Source: an uncultured Methanolobus sp.
Lineage (GTDB): Archaea > Halobacteriota > Methanosarcinia > Methanosarcinales > Methanosarcinaceae
Direction: 5' to 3'
Assembly: GCA_963675495.1 (NCBI GenBank)
Contig: OY776215.1
Coordinates: 2,528,001-2,592,000, forward strand
Length of the DNA stretch: 64,000 bases
Positions 39,439 through 48,964 of this stretch are shown here, one piece after another; position 1 is the stretch's first letter, and every line of letters begins with the position of its first letter. Made by a program: the position numbers and the translations under genes. The notes below the pieces were generated by a model, which had not been told where the DNA came from, made no database searches, and saw only the letters and a list, made by a program, of their open reading frames with translations.

Positions 39439-40766
39439 GGTGCACATTTTTGAAGACTACTTTTACGTTAGTTTCCTGTCGTATTTTTTTGTTAATTGCT
39501 GTTCTGGGATTGATAATTCTTCCTGCATCTGCAATAGGCAGTGTGGTATTTTCTCCCTATGCTACTGATTTGTCTTTTCACACAGGTGAAACTGTTAACT
39601 TTTCAGTTGATGCTGTCATGTCATCAGATGTAACCTGGTTACTTGATGGTGTCATTGTACAGCAGGATTTTTCATGTAACTCCTCGATGTATTCAGCTTT
39701 AGAGGATGAAGCTGCCTCTTATAATCTGACAGTTATTGTTGATGAAGGTACTGATATTTTAGACAAAACATGGTGTCTGGAAGTCATTCCTGATTTTGAC
39801 GTGGTCTTTTCACCTGATTCTGAAGGTGTAAGTTCCAGGCTTGACCGTGCACCTGAATTTTCAGTTAATATAAGCGAAACTTCAGATATTATATGGTATC
39901 TGGATGATGAGCTACTTAGTACATATACTGATTCAAATAATTCGAGCTGTATTCCATCTGTTTCCGAAACAGGAAATTATAGTCTTAAGGTCCATGTTTC
40001 CAATGATAATGGCAGTATATGGAAGCAATGGTACTGGGTAGCAACATCAACACCTTCACAAATAATATCCGGTGGAAGTAGTGGTGGAGGTGGTTCTTCA
40101 GGTTCTGTTTCTTCAGGTGAGGATTACAGTAATATCAAAGTAAAAGATGTCAGAATGCAGGTAGTTAACAAGGGTGTGGCCACAAAGTTTTCATTTCCTG
40201 ATGGGCAGAATCCTATAGATTCTCTTGAATTTAATTCGGCTGTCAATGCAGGTTATGTTAAGACTACAATTGAAGTTCTGAATAACAGGTCATCATCTGT
40301 TTCAGAGAATCCTGATGACGTCGTTTATTATTATGCTAATATCATTACTGGGAAGACAGGGCTGGAAAATAAAATAGATGATACTCGCATTATTTTCCAT
40401 GTTGGTAAGAAGTGGATAGATGAGAACAACATCGATGTTGATTCTGTGCGTCTGAACCTGTACAGTAGCTCTAAATGGAAATCGTTCCCTGCCAAAGTTG
40501 TGAATAACAGTAGCGGTAATATCTCTTTTATGTCAACAACAAGTGGATTCGGTAGTTTCGCTATAACTGGCAAAACCACTGAGACTTTTGAAGAAGATAT
40601 CGTTGTTGTGGATATGGGGGGAAACAGCATGGAATATTCATCTGATAAAGGCTCTATAGATTCAGTAAATGGAACAAATTTCGAGTCTGAAAAAGAAGAC
40701 GTTTTAAAATCCGTCCTGCGCTCTATGACTGAATTATTTATAAAAAGAAATCCTTTAGATAGTTAG
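39435..40766 (+). CDS. Secreted Ig-like repeat + PGF-pre-PGF domain surface protein
   Basis: Signal peptide, two W.LD....Y.L.V repeats, SGGSSGGGGSSG linker, GEDY.NI..K, IEVL...S, VY.Y.NI..G, F.V.K.WI and T.GFGSFAITG. Confidence 0.85.
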   Translation: MRCTFLKTTFTLVSCRIFLLIAVLGLIILPASAIGSVVFSPYATDLSFHTGETVNFSVDAVMSSDVTWLLDGVIVQQDFSCNSSMYSALEDEAASYNLTVIVDEGTDILDKTWCLEVIPDFDVVFSPDSEGVSSRLDRAPEFSVNISETSDIIWYLDDELLSTYTDSNNSSCIPSVSETGNYSLKVHVSNDNGSIWKQWYWVATSTPSQIISGGSSGGGGSSGSVSSGEDYSNIKVKDVRMQVVNKGVATKFSFPDGQNPIDSLEFNSAVNAGYVKTTIEVLNNRSSSVSENPDDVVYYYANIITGKTGLENKIDDTRIIFHVGKKWIDENNIDVDSVRLNLYSSSKWKSFPAKVVNNSSGNISFMSTTSGFGSFAITGKTTETFEEDIVVVDMGGNSMEYSSDKGSIDSVNGTNFESEKEDVLKSVLRSMTELFIKRNPLDS

Positions 40767-40785
40767 ATTCTTTGCAGGTAAAAGT

Positions 40786-41838
40786 ATGGCATTAACTACT
40801 AATTCCAAAGTATGGAGCATAATGCTCCTTGTTTTTGTATTTCTGACTACATTTTTTATTATACTGTTCTATTTTGAGAATCTGTTCATTGTTCTTATCG
40901 TGGGTGGTATCCTTGTTCTTGTAACTGACGGAATTCTTATTGAATTCAATAAATATTTTGGACATAGATCCCTGTGGGTCCGGAGGGTATGTGCGGTCAC
41001 TCTTGCTATTTCTGTTTTCCTTTTATTTTATCTACTTCTACTGGGTCAGTTGTATGATATGGGTAATTTGATAAGCAGTTCTCAAAAGCAGTATGATACA
41101 GGTACCTCAGACATAATCTCAAATTATGGATACTTGCTCTCTTCTCCAGATGGGAGGCCGATCCTTTCTGCCGACGATCTGACTTCTATTGGGGACTATA
41201 TATTCAATTTCCTTTCATCCATATTTTCGAAATTATCTTATTTCATTTTCACCGGTTTGCTTGTTATACCTCTGATGTTCCGAATCTATTTCTCGAAAAA
41301 GGATGTGATGATCAGGGAGTTAATTGAGATTTTTCCGGTGAAATATCAGGAAAGTGTAGATCTGTCAATTTCAGATATTGGAAAAAGACTTCGTGATTTT
41401 TTTTCTGCCAAGATACTTGAAAGTGTTATTATAGGATTTATTTGTTGCATCGGTTTCTATCTTGCAGGTATCAATGGCTGGTTTTTCCTGGGTGCTCTTG
41501 CAGGTTTGCTTAATATAGTGCCATATATAGGTCCTATAATTGGTGCTATTCCGGCAGTGATAGTTGGCTTTATTGTCAGTCCTACCACTGCATTGTTTGC
41601 AGTTATTACTGTTATCATTGCCCAACTTGTGGATAATCTATACCTGATACCTTTCATGATATCTGGAAAAGTAGCTGTAAATCCTTTGCTTAGTATCCTG
41701 CTGATCCTTATTTTTGCCGATATGCTGGGTGCTCTTGGGATGATACTTGCCATTCCAATCTATATTGTCTACAAAGTAGTATTGACTGTATTTTACAGCG
41801 AACTTTTAAAGATATATCCTGAGGAATGTGTGAATTAA
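40786..41838 (+). CDS. AI-2E family transporter
   Basis: Multiple TMs; LNIVPYIGPIIG, Q.VDN....P and LG.LGMILAIP motifs. Confidence 0.92.
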   Translation: MALTTNSKVWSIMLLVFVFLTTFFIILFYFENLFIVLIVGGILVLVTDGILIEFNKYFGHRSLWVRRVCAVTLAISVFLLFYLLLLGQLYDMGNLISSSQKQYDTGTSDIISNYGYLLSSPDGRPILSADDLTSIGDYIFNFLSSIFSKLSYFIFTGLLVIPLMFRIYFSKKDVMIRELIEIFPVKYQESVDLSISDIGKRLRDFFSAKILESVIIGFICCIGFYLAGINGWFFLGALAGLLNIVPYIGPIIGAIPAVIVGFIVSPTTALFAVITVIIAQLVDNLYLIPFMISGKVAVNPLLSILLILIFADMLGALGMILAIPIYIVYKVVLTVFYSELLKIYPEECVN

Positions 41839-41950
41839 TTCGGTCCGTTATAATGAGAAATGAATCCGGATGCTGCTTCAGTTCGCAAAACATCGGATCC
41901 ATTATTTCATTAGATCGTTTTTGAGGACATAAAAAAGAAAGAGAATAAGC

Positions 41951-43861
41951 TCACATCGTGCTTACAAATTCTCCTTTTCCTACTTTTTCCATAATATTTC
42001 CAAGGCGTTCTTTACCTGGTTGTGTTCTGTGCTTGAGGAAATGTAAGCGGACACTTTCAACGATCTCAGGAATTTCATCGGGGGTGCAGAATGATTTCAG
42101 GAGAATTCCCTCTGTGGGTCTTCTCGCGCTATTGCCACCAATCCATACGGAGAATCCACGTTGACCTTCAATGGCACCTTCGTGCGGACAACCCCTAACA
42201 CACCATCCGCAATTGATACAGAGATCGCGGTCTATTACAGATTTACCCTTTTCAATGGAGATGGCATTGACCTTGCAAAGTTCTTCACATCTGCCACAAC
42301 CGGTGCATTTGTCCAGGTCTATTGTAGGGTAGAGTTGACCTATGATGCCAATATCATTGTTATGTGCACGAACACAGTTATTTGGGCAACCTGCCACACC
42401 GATCTTCATTTTATGTGGCATGTTCTTCTGGGCGAACAACATTGTAAGCTCATTAGCCAGGTCTTTAGTATTTACAAGACCTTCCGGACAATATGTATTA
42501 CCCGGGCATGCTGTTGCATAACCCATTCCGATGGTGTTCAGGCCGCTTGAGTATATTTCACTCATAAGTTCGTCTACGTCCTCACCTTTTACACCCTGTA
42601 TCTCAATACTTTTTCGCGAGGTAAGTTCAAGAGTGCCATCTCCATATTTCTCGGCAAGTCTTGTAACTTTGTTCATATAGTCATGGTCAACTATACCTGA
42701 ATTAGTCTTTATCTTGACAAAGTTAGTTCCACTAACTTCCGGTCGCACACCTGGATAATCCCGCACCCAATAGTTGTTTACCGAAATCCCAGCGTCAAGA
42801 CGTTTTTGAAGTTCTTTCTTGAATCGCTTCATTTTAATACTGGCAAATTCTTCGATCTGATCAGTATCAATATCTGCTGAAGTTTCAATATATCCTGCTT
42901 TTTCTGCTTTCTCAAGAAGTTCAATTCCCTTCATATTTCTTGCAATGAGGGTTGTCCATCCCATTGAGCTGCCAGCATAGCCTGCTGAGATATCTGCTAC
43001 CTTTGAAACAGCATCACGGCATACACGGCATCCTTCCCATACGCAATCATGCAGATCCTTGATGTTGAACTTAAATTCATCTTCATCTGTGTTCACTATG
43101 AGTTCATCCAGGCGTATGGCATACTTTTTGACCTTGCTTAAATCTACACCTGCATCCATGAGGTAAGAGGATAATTTTTCAAAATTGAAATTCTCCATAC
43201 AGAAAAGACCTATAACGTAAGGTACATTTGGCAGTGATGTCTTTTCACCGTTCATTCCAACTTCTATCGGGTGAACATTAAGTCCTTTGAAGAATTGTGT
43301 TCTTCTTGCTCCATAGGTTTGACAGGGTAAACCTACCATTGCAACATTGTCGAGTTCATCCCCGATGTCACGAAGAGCACTCATAACAGGTATTGTTGAG
43401 TACTTGGCACCTTGGGATTCTAACAGTTCATCTTTGTTAGTCACAATTCGGACATTGGGTTTGGATAAACCAGCAATGATGGAAGCACCATCAATGAGTC
43501 CATTATCGAAGCAGTATGCAAGAAGGGCTGTGACAGCTCCGCCATCCTGTCCATTCTCCAGTATTCGTGAGTCCGTTGCGCGTGCAGCAACGATTTTCTC
43601 ATACTGGCCAATGAGTGTCGGTGGCCTTGCTTTGAAATTAAATACATTCATAGAGATACGCGCTGCATCTGTCATTACTCTCTGGCAGACATCCTTACAC
43701 GCACCTTCTCCATTTCTGTAGCATTCATCTTTTATTTTGGCACCATTCTCATCGAACTCGATGATATCATATGGGCAAACTGCAGCACATGCACCACAAA
43801 ATGTGCACATGCCTTTATCCACGACTGCATCTTTTAGAAACCATTTGTAATTATCTGACAT
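41951..43861 (-). CDS. fsr: F420-dependent sulfite reductase family protein (Fsr), Group II-like
   Basis: N-terminal ferredoxin + FrhB domain (QDGGAVT, GLPCQ, IGLFCMENF, C..C.D...ADIS.G) fused to a siroheme domain (CPGNTYC, HKMKIGVAGCPNNC) with inserted 2x[4Fe-4S] ferredoxin. Confidence 0.9.
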   Translation of the reverse strand: MSDNYKWFLKDAVVDKGMCTFCGACAAVCPYDIIEFDENGAKIKDECYRNGEGACKDVCQRVMTDAARISMNVFNFKARPPTLIGQYEKIVAARATDSRILENGQDGGAVTALLAYCFDNGLIDGASIIAGLSKPNVRIVTNKDELLESQGAKYSTIPVMSALRDIGDELDNVAMVGLPCQTYGARRTQFFKGLNVHPIEVGMNGEKTSLPNVPYVIGLFCMENFNFEKLSSYLMDAGVDLSKVKKYAIRLDELIVNTDEDEFKFNIKDLHDCVWEGCRVCRDAVSKVADISAGYAGSSMGWTTLIARNMKGIELLEKAEKAGYIETSADIDTDQIEEFASIKMKRFKKELQKRLDAGISVNNYWVRDYPGVRPEVSGTNFVKIKTNSGIVDHDYMNKVTRLAEKYGDGTLELTSRKSIEIQGVKGEDVDELMSEIYSSGLNTIGMGYATACPGNTYCPEGLVNTKDLANELTMLFAQKNMPHKMKIGVAGCPNNCVRAHNNDIGIIGQLYPTIDLDKCTGCGRCEELCKVNAISIEKGKSVIDRDLCINCGWCVRGCPHEGAIEGQRGFSVWIGGNSARRPTEGILLKSFCTPDEIPEIVESVRLHFLKHRTQPGKERLGNIMEKVGKGEFVSTM

Positions 43862-44509
43862 AAAATCACTCTTCGTATTTTCTCATTTTTCGCTTGATGT
43901 GGGTTTAACATCTTAGTAATGGTATCAGTGATGATTTGATTTTCAGTATCAATGACCAATAAAATCACCGGAAATTGATATCCCGATAAGTTTTCCCTCA
44001 TATCGTAGACTTATGCTTCAAATTCCTCGTGGCACCAGCGATACCTCGCTTTCAAAGTTTTGAACAAGGCAACAGCTTTCTTCAAATACTCCTGCAGAGC
44101 ATTATGAAACTACTCTATTGGTACATCATTTCTAAAGAAAGACGTATGCAGCCTATGTGTTTGTCAGTATTCACGACAACTGGGATATTTTCTTTGTATT
44201 GCCATCTAATTCTGGCAATATTTTGGATTTCTGAGTAAGGATCTCAACATATCTGTTTATCGTGATTTCCTGCTATATTATACACAAGAGAGAGGAAATA
44301 TATAAACAAACCCCATAACATATAAATATTATATTGGTGGTTGCTATGTTGTTCATGTGATTATTTTTCCAAATTCAGTATTGTTTAAATTTTCTGTAAA
44401 TGGGTGGTAAGCTTCATATATCAGTTGTGCATACTACGTGCACATCCATAGTTTTGCATATTATGCACAAACCCATTTCACAATATTTTATCTAATAGGG
44501 GAGATCACA

Positions 44510-45205
44510 CTGGACAACGAAAAAATTCAAATCCTAGGCAAAGAACTCATGGACATACTTCAAATGGCGACTTCTCCGGTTGCTGTTCACTTGGTACAGG
44601 CTGATGAAGAGATTCCTGCAGGAATTCCTCAAATCGATGAAAAGACAAGGCACTGTCAGATGGTAGACAACGCACGAAGATCGGGTACCCAGTTCTATTC
44701 TTTGCTTGATAATCAGATGTGCAAAGGTGGAGCTGCTGTCATGGGTTTGACAGAAATGAGTGCTAAACTCAAGAACGGTGAAGTTTATTATAATCTGAAC
44801 CATTTTCATTCTATTGATTCTGCAAAAGCAACCATGGAAAAGGTTCCAATGGTGCCAGCAAATTCTGTTAAAGCTATTGTTTACTCACCGCTTGAAAAAG
44901 CTACATTCACACCAGATGTAGTCCTAATAATCACCAGACCTAAACAGGTGATGGAACTCTCACAGGCTTTGCTCCACAAATCTGGAGGTCGTGTAAATGC
45001 AGGCTTTGCCGGTAAGCAGAGTGTCTGTGCAGACGGTGTTGCCTATCCATATCTAACCGGTGAGGCTGGAGTTACTATCGGTTGCAGTGGAAGTAGAAAA
45101 TATACAAAGATACAGGATGAGGAAATGATTATGGGTATTCCTGTGGCCATGTTGCCTGATCTGGTTGACTCTGCAAAATCTATGTTCGGCAGTTACGCCT
45201 GTTAA
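44510..45205 (+). CDS. DUF169 family protein; probable CTG start
   Basis: PVAV, RHCQ, C..G...GL, PDVV, Q..C and GC.GSR...DEE...GIP motifs; paralogue of 46751-47455; CTG 44510 after GGGGAG aligns near the paralogue's Met. Confidence 0.85.
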   Translation: MDNEKIQILGKELMDILQMATSPVAVHLVQADEEIPAGIPQIDEKTRHCQMVDNARRSGTQFYSLLDNQMCKGGAAVMGLTEMSAKLKNGEVYYNLNHFHSIDSAKATMEKVPMVPANSVKAIVYSPLEKATFTPDVVLIITRPKQVMELSQALLHKSGGRVNAGFAGKQSVCADGVAYPYLTGEAGVTIGCSGSRKYTKIQDEEMIMGIPVAMLPDLVDSAKSMFGSYAC

Positions 45206-45216
45206 TATTCTGCAAT

Positions 45217-45248
45217 GTAATTCAGTACCTCTCTACGTACTGAATTAC
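45217..45248. terminator. Perfect 12-bp hairpin after DUF169 between convergent genes
   Basis: GTAATTCAGTAC-N8-GTACTGAATTAC. Confidence 0.55.
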
Positions 45249-45395
45249 TTGGTTTTAATTAATCAAAAATAGAAAACATTTCATATTTTATGATGATATG
45301 TTGCTGTATAATATCCTAGAGTTGCACGGTCTAAGGATGCTTTATAATATTTCTCTTCTGTTTTTATTCCTTATTTACAAGTAGCTTGTAATCTC

Positions 45396-46058
45396 TTAGA
45401 TGTCTATGGAATAACCAGCGAATATCTTTACAAATTTATCCTGGTACATTTTTCTTATAGCATCTTTATACGATGTACAATGTCCTGCACCTATCAGTTG
45501 CATATTTTTGAATAATCCATATTCCTGGCTGTCATGCAAACCACCAAAGATGCCCGTTACATCGCCAAAAGAAGATGCAGCTTCGATTATCGGGGAAAGG
45601 CCGGGATGTGCGCAACCAGTAAGGACGTAAAGGCCTTTCTCAGATTTTAGTATAAGAGATTGTTCTTTTATATCGTTTCCGAGTTCTCCTGTGGTGTAAA
45701 TATTATTACATATTTCATGAGGACCTTTTATTCCACATAATTTTCCATTTCCTTTTGATACCATCTCTTTTTTGAGATTGGCTGAAAAACTTGCAGGTAC
45801 ATATATATTAACATCCGGATTTTCATTTAGAAAGGTGCTTACGCCGCCCATGTGATCCCAGTGTTGGTGTGAAAGAACAAGGATGTCGATGGATTTTGGA
45901 TCTATAAGCAGTTTATCCATGTTATCAAGAAGTACATGTCCATCCCATCCTGTATCAAAGAGTATTTTGTGTTCATCTGTCTCTATTAGGCAGGCAAATC
46001 CCCATCCACTTTGTAAACCTTCCTTTGCTTCATTATCGTAAATAACGGTTAGTTTCAT
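45396..46058 (-). CDS. MBL-fold metallo-hydrolase (COG1237-like)
   Basis: WGFACLIE, LFDTG, SHQHWDHMGG, GCAHPG, GGLH and HCT motifs. Confidence 0.9.
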   Translation of the reverse strand: MKLTVIYDNEAKEGLQSGWGFACLIETDEHKILFDTGWDGHVLLDNMDKLLIDPKSIDILVLSHQHWDHMGGVSTFLNENPDVNIYVPASFSANLKKEMVSKGNGKLCGIKGPHEICNNIYTTGELGNDIKEQSLILKSEKGLYVLTGCAHPGLSPIIEAASSFGDVTGIFGGLHDSQEYGLFKNMQLIGAGHCTSYKDAIRKMYQDKFVKIFAGYSIDI

Positions 46059-46073
46059 TATGTACCCTCAAAA

Positions 46074-46646
46074 TCAGTCAGTAATACCGAAAACATTCTT
46101 CAGGTAATAGCCTGAATAGATTACACCTGCCGGGTTATGTGCAAGCACACGGTCCTTGACTATAAAAGTTGTAACCGGAGCTGCTGAATGCTGAGTGAAT
46201 AAAATATCATGACCTATGCAGAGACCTATGATGATATTTAGCTGTGTTTCCTTCTTTTCCAGCATCATTGCCTGACCTATGGGATTACAGGTTGGATCAA
46301 AGGTTTCAGGGTGGAGTTTTTCGAGTTCATAATCTTCTTTGCTAATACTGGAAACCTTGCAGCACACAGAAAATACATCAAAATGCTTTTCCAGTATTTT
46401 TTGAACTACTTTTGCTTCCCTTTCCATACCCACACAGAAAGCAAGACCTAATCTTTCGTATCCCATTTCTTTTGAGTATAGGATTATCTCTTCAAGTCTT
46501 GTTTTTTGCATATAATACCGGGCTTCGATGGCAGCTGAAGTTTGCATTGATTCAAGTTCAGTTCCTTCATAATTGATATCATCAGTTATGCCTGCACAGT
46601 CCTTGCCTTCACGGCACATCTTATCATCGCAGTAAGCACATTTCAT
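46074..46646 (-). CDS. DUF1847 Cys-rich protein
   Basis: C..C....C..G..C, TRLEE, GLAFC.G, CCK, CNPIGQA, GLCIGHD and KDRVLAHNP motifs. Confidence 0.88.
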   Translation of the reverse strand: MKCAYCDDKMCREGKDCAGITDDINYEGTELESMQTSAAIEARYYMQKTRLEEIILYSKEMGYERLGLAFCVGMEREAKVVQKILEKHFDVFSVCCKVSSISKEDYELEKLHPETFDPTCNPIGQAMMLEKKETQLNIIIGLCIGHDILFTQHSAAPVTTFIVKDRVLAHNPAGVIYSGYYLKNVFGITD

Positions 46647-46676
46647 TCAAAAACCACCAGATTGACCTAAAGTAGA

Positions 46677-46706
46677 TCATATGAGGGGCTATATTCCCTC
46701 ATATGA
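46677..46706. promoter_or_regulatory. Perfect 11-bp hairpin between DUF169 and DUF1847 genes
   Basis: TCATATGAGGG-N8-CCCTCATATGA. Confidence 0.4.
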
Positions 46707-46750
46707 GATAAAAGATGTGGGTGCTGTGTCCAATCCTTTTTTTTAACAAC

Positions 46751-47455
46751 TCAAGGTGACTTTGGTCTTGCTTTTTGCATTGGGCCATCGTATATTTTTT
46801 CAAGACCCTCAATCATTTTCTCAAGGTTCTCATAAGGAATTCCTGCAATCATTTCGTCTTTCCCTATATCTGTGGACCTGCGACATCCGTAGCATCCGAG
46901 GCTCATATTCATTTTTCCTGTGAGGAGGGGAATAATTGTAGAATCTACACATGTGGCCTGGAAAGCTGCTGTGCTGAAATCCTGCCTGCCTCCTTCAAAG
47001 AAGGTAGCTGCGGGAACAAGCCAGTAAAGTGTCTCAGGAACATCCACCAGGATCACTACATCAGGTTTGATCTTAAACTCCTTCAGTGGACCAACGACTG
47101 TAGCGATAGTGCTGCCTTCCTCCAGTTCGCTGCGTTGGGATATCATATTTGCTGCAGCGTCAGCACATTCGAACATACCTAGGTTCGCGTGGAAATCACC
47201 TTCTTTCACTTTGGGAGGCGTTGGCAAAAGTCCCAGGCTGGAAGCACCAACCACGCAAGCATGTTTATCGGCAGGAATAACAAAAGATTCTCCATTTTTT
47301 GCCTTCATAATTGATTGGCAGTGCCTTATGTTGCTGTCAGGTTCATCAAATCCTTCTGGAATCTTTTCTCCCTTCTTTATTATCTTTACAGCAACTGGTT
47401 CATGTCTAAGTTCAAGTATTTCCGTAAGTTTTTGCGATATTTCAGTATTGTTCAT
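46751..47455 (-). CDS. DUF169 family protein
   Basis: PVAVK, RHCQ, C.VGASSLGL, PDVV, QATC and GCYGCR...DE...GIP motifs. Confidence 0.88.
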   Translation of the reverse strand: MNNTEISQKLTEILELRHEPVAVKIIKKGEKIPEGFDEPDSNIRHCQSIMKAKNGESFVIPADKHACVVGASSLGLLPTPPKVKEGDFHANLGMFECADAAANMISQRSELEEGSTIATVVGPLKEFKIKPDVVILVDVPETLYWLVPAATFFEGGRQDFSTAAFQATCVDSTIIPLLTGKMNMSLGCYGCRRSTDIGKDEMIAGIPYENLEKMIEGLEKIYDGPMQKARPKSP

Positions 47456-47719
47456 GTGACCAACTTCTTGAAATTATATGGTGAAAATTGTTTTAGTAGA
47501 ATATTTATCTTTCTAATTTAATTCTGTTGAATATGATGTGTCCGATATCGAGATTGATTTCTTTTTACTAATAGTTTTTTGCTCTATTGAGAATAAATAT
47601 ATAAAACATTGGGTTATCTTTTTATTTCATGATTACTATACGAATAAAAGGACTTGTTTCTATTGTATGTATCGTCATGCTCGACAATTAAAAAACAATC
47701 ATGAACCCGGGGTAATTAG

Positions 47720-48124
47720 ATGAAAGTATGTGTAACAGCTACATCGGCTAGCTTTGATGGTCCTGTTGATCCTCATTTTGGAAGATGTTTATACTTTGTG
47801 ATCGTGGATACTGATTACATGGGGTTTGAAATTCTTAAAAACAAAAGTACTTCTGCTTTGGATGGTGCGGGTATTCAGGCAGCTCAGATGATTCTCAACA
47901 GGGAGATAGATATAGTCATTACAAGATTTGTTGGATCAAAAGTTTTCTCAATGCTATCTTCAAAAAGCATAGATATCTTCCTCTTCACCACAGGTTCAGT
48001 TGCAGATGCAATACAGGCTTACAAAGATAACAATCTAGAGAAGCTTGAAAGCCCTAATTCACCGGGAAAAGACCCATCAGGTGTTCAAAAAATTGAATAC
48101 AAGAGGCCAAGAAAACAAATATAA
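47720..48124 (+). CDS. NifB/NifX family metal-cluster-binding protein
   Basis: MKVCV, VDPHFGRC.YF and GAGIQAAQ motifs. Confidence 0.9.
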   Translation: MKVCVTATSASFDGPVDPHFGRCLYFVIVDTDYMGFEILKNKSTSALDGAGIQAAQMILNREIDIVITRFVGSKVFSMLSSKSIDIFLFTTGSVADAIQAYKDNNLEKLESPNSPGKDPSGVQKIEYKRPRKQI

Positions 48125-48280
48125 GCTCTGCTATGAATATTTAGAAGTATGATTAATTGATTTAAATGCTGCAGAAATAGGTCAGTCCAAAGTCATTGAT
48201 AGAAAAAGTTGTTCTTGCCAGATTCTATCGTCTTGGAATTGACTATAGAATTTGATTGTCTGGTTCTGTATAAACAAAAA

Positions 48281-48299
48281 GTTGTGTCAATGACACAAC
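48281..48299 (-). terminator. Inverted repeat plus T-tract after cfbA copy 2
   Basis: GTTGTGTCA-A-TGACACAAC immediately after the stop, followed by T6 on the minus strand. Confidence 0.5.
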
Positions 48300-48695
48300 T
48301 TAAAGAGCTTCCTGTGCTCTCTTGAAGATAATATCTGCAATAAGCTTGTCACTTCCAAGAGGTTTGGCATAGACAATTTTGACATTCTGCCCATCAAATT
48401 CGATTTCACCTTCGTTTGTCTCAGGGTCTAGATTAATAAACTCCGGAATATCCTCAGTGAGGTGGACTCCGGATGCCATGAATACCGGTGTTGCAGCTAT
48501 TTTCGTTACACCTGTGCCTTTAAATGACATAAGTGCTTCTTCGACCGTAGGTTCACTGTGCTCTACGAAGCCTATTTTTATAACATATTCTGGATGTTTC
48601 TCTGAGATCATGTTAGCAAGCTCAGTGACCACTTGATTGCTGTATGGTAATCTGCTGCCGTGTCCAATAGCTAAAATTCCAATTTTTTCACTCAT
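48300..48695 (-). CDS. cfbA: Sirohydrochlorin chelatase CbiX(S)/CfbA, diverged paralogue (copy 2)
   Basis: [28 protein letters not shown] and YAKPLG.D motifs; collinear with 49733-50128. Confidence 0.85.
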   Translation of the reverse strand: MSEKIGILAIGHGSRLPYSNQVVTELANMISEKHPEYVIKIGFVEHSEPTVEEALMSFKGTGVTKIAATPVFMASGVHLTEDIPEFINLDPETNEGEIEFDGQNVKIVYAKPLGSDKLIADIIFKRAQEAL

Positions 48696-48964
48696 GATAT
48701 GTCCTTCCTTCTAAAATATCATTAGCAATAAGGTATATAACTCTTTGCAAAATTAACACGTGTGAATCAAATTTTTTTCTAGGATTAACAAAAAATATTA
48801 TTTATTCTTATAATGGCATAAAGGAATCATTGAAAAAAGTTCCAATTACCTGTCCATGATTACGGTTCAGGGTCTTTACTTTGATGAAGTCTTCATCAAA
48901 AATACAAAAACAATAATTCCTTTTATGGTCAAATGAAGATATTGCAAAAACAGGATTTGCTAGT

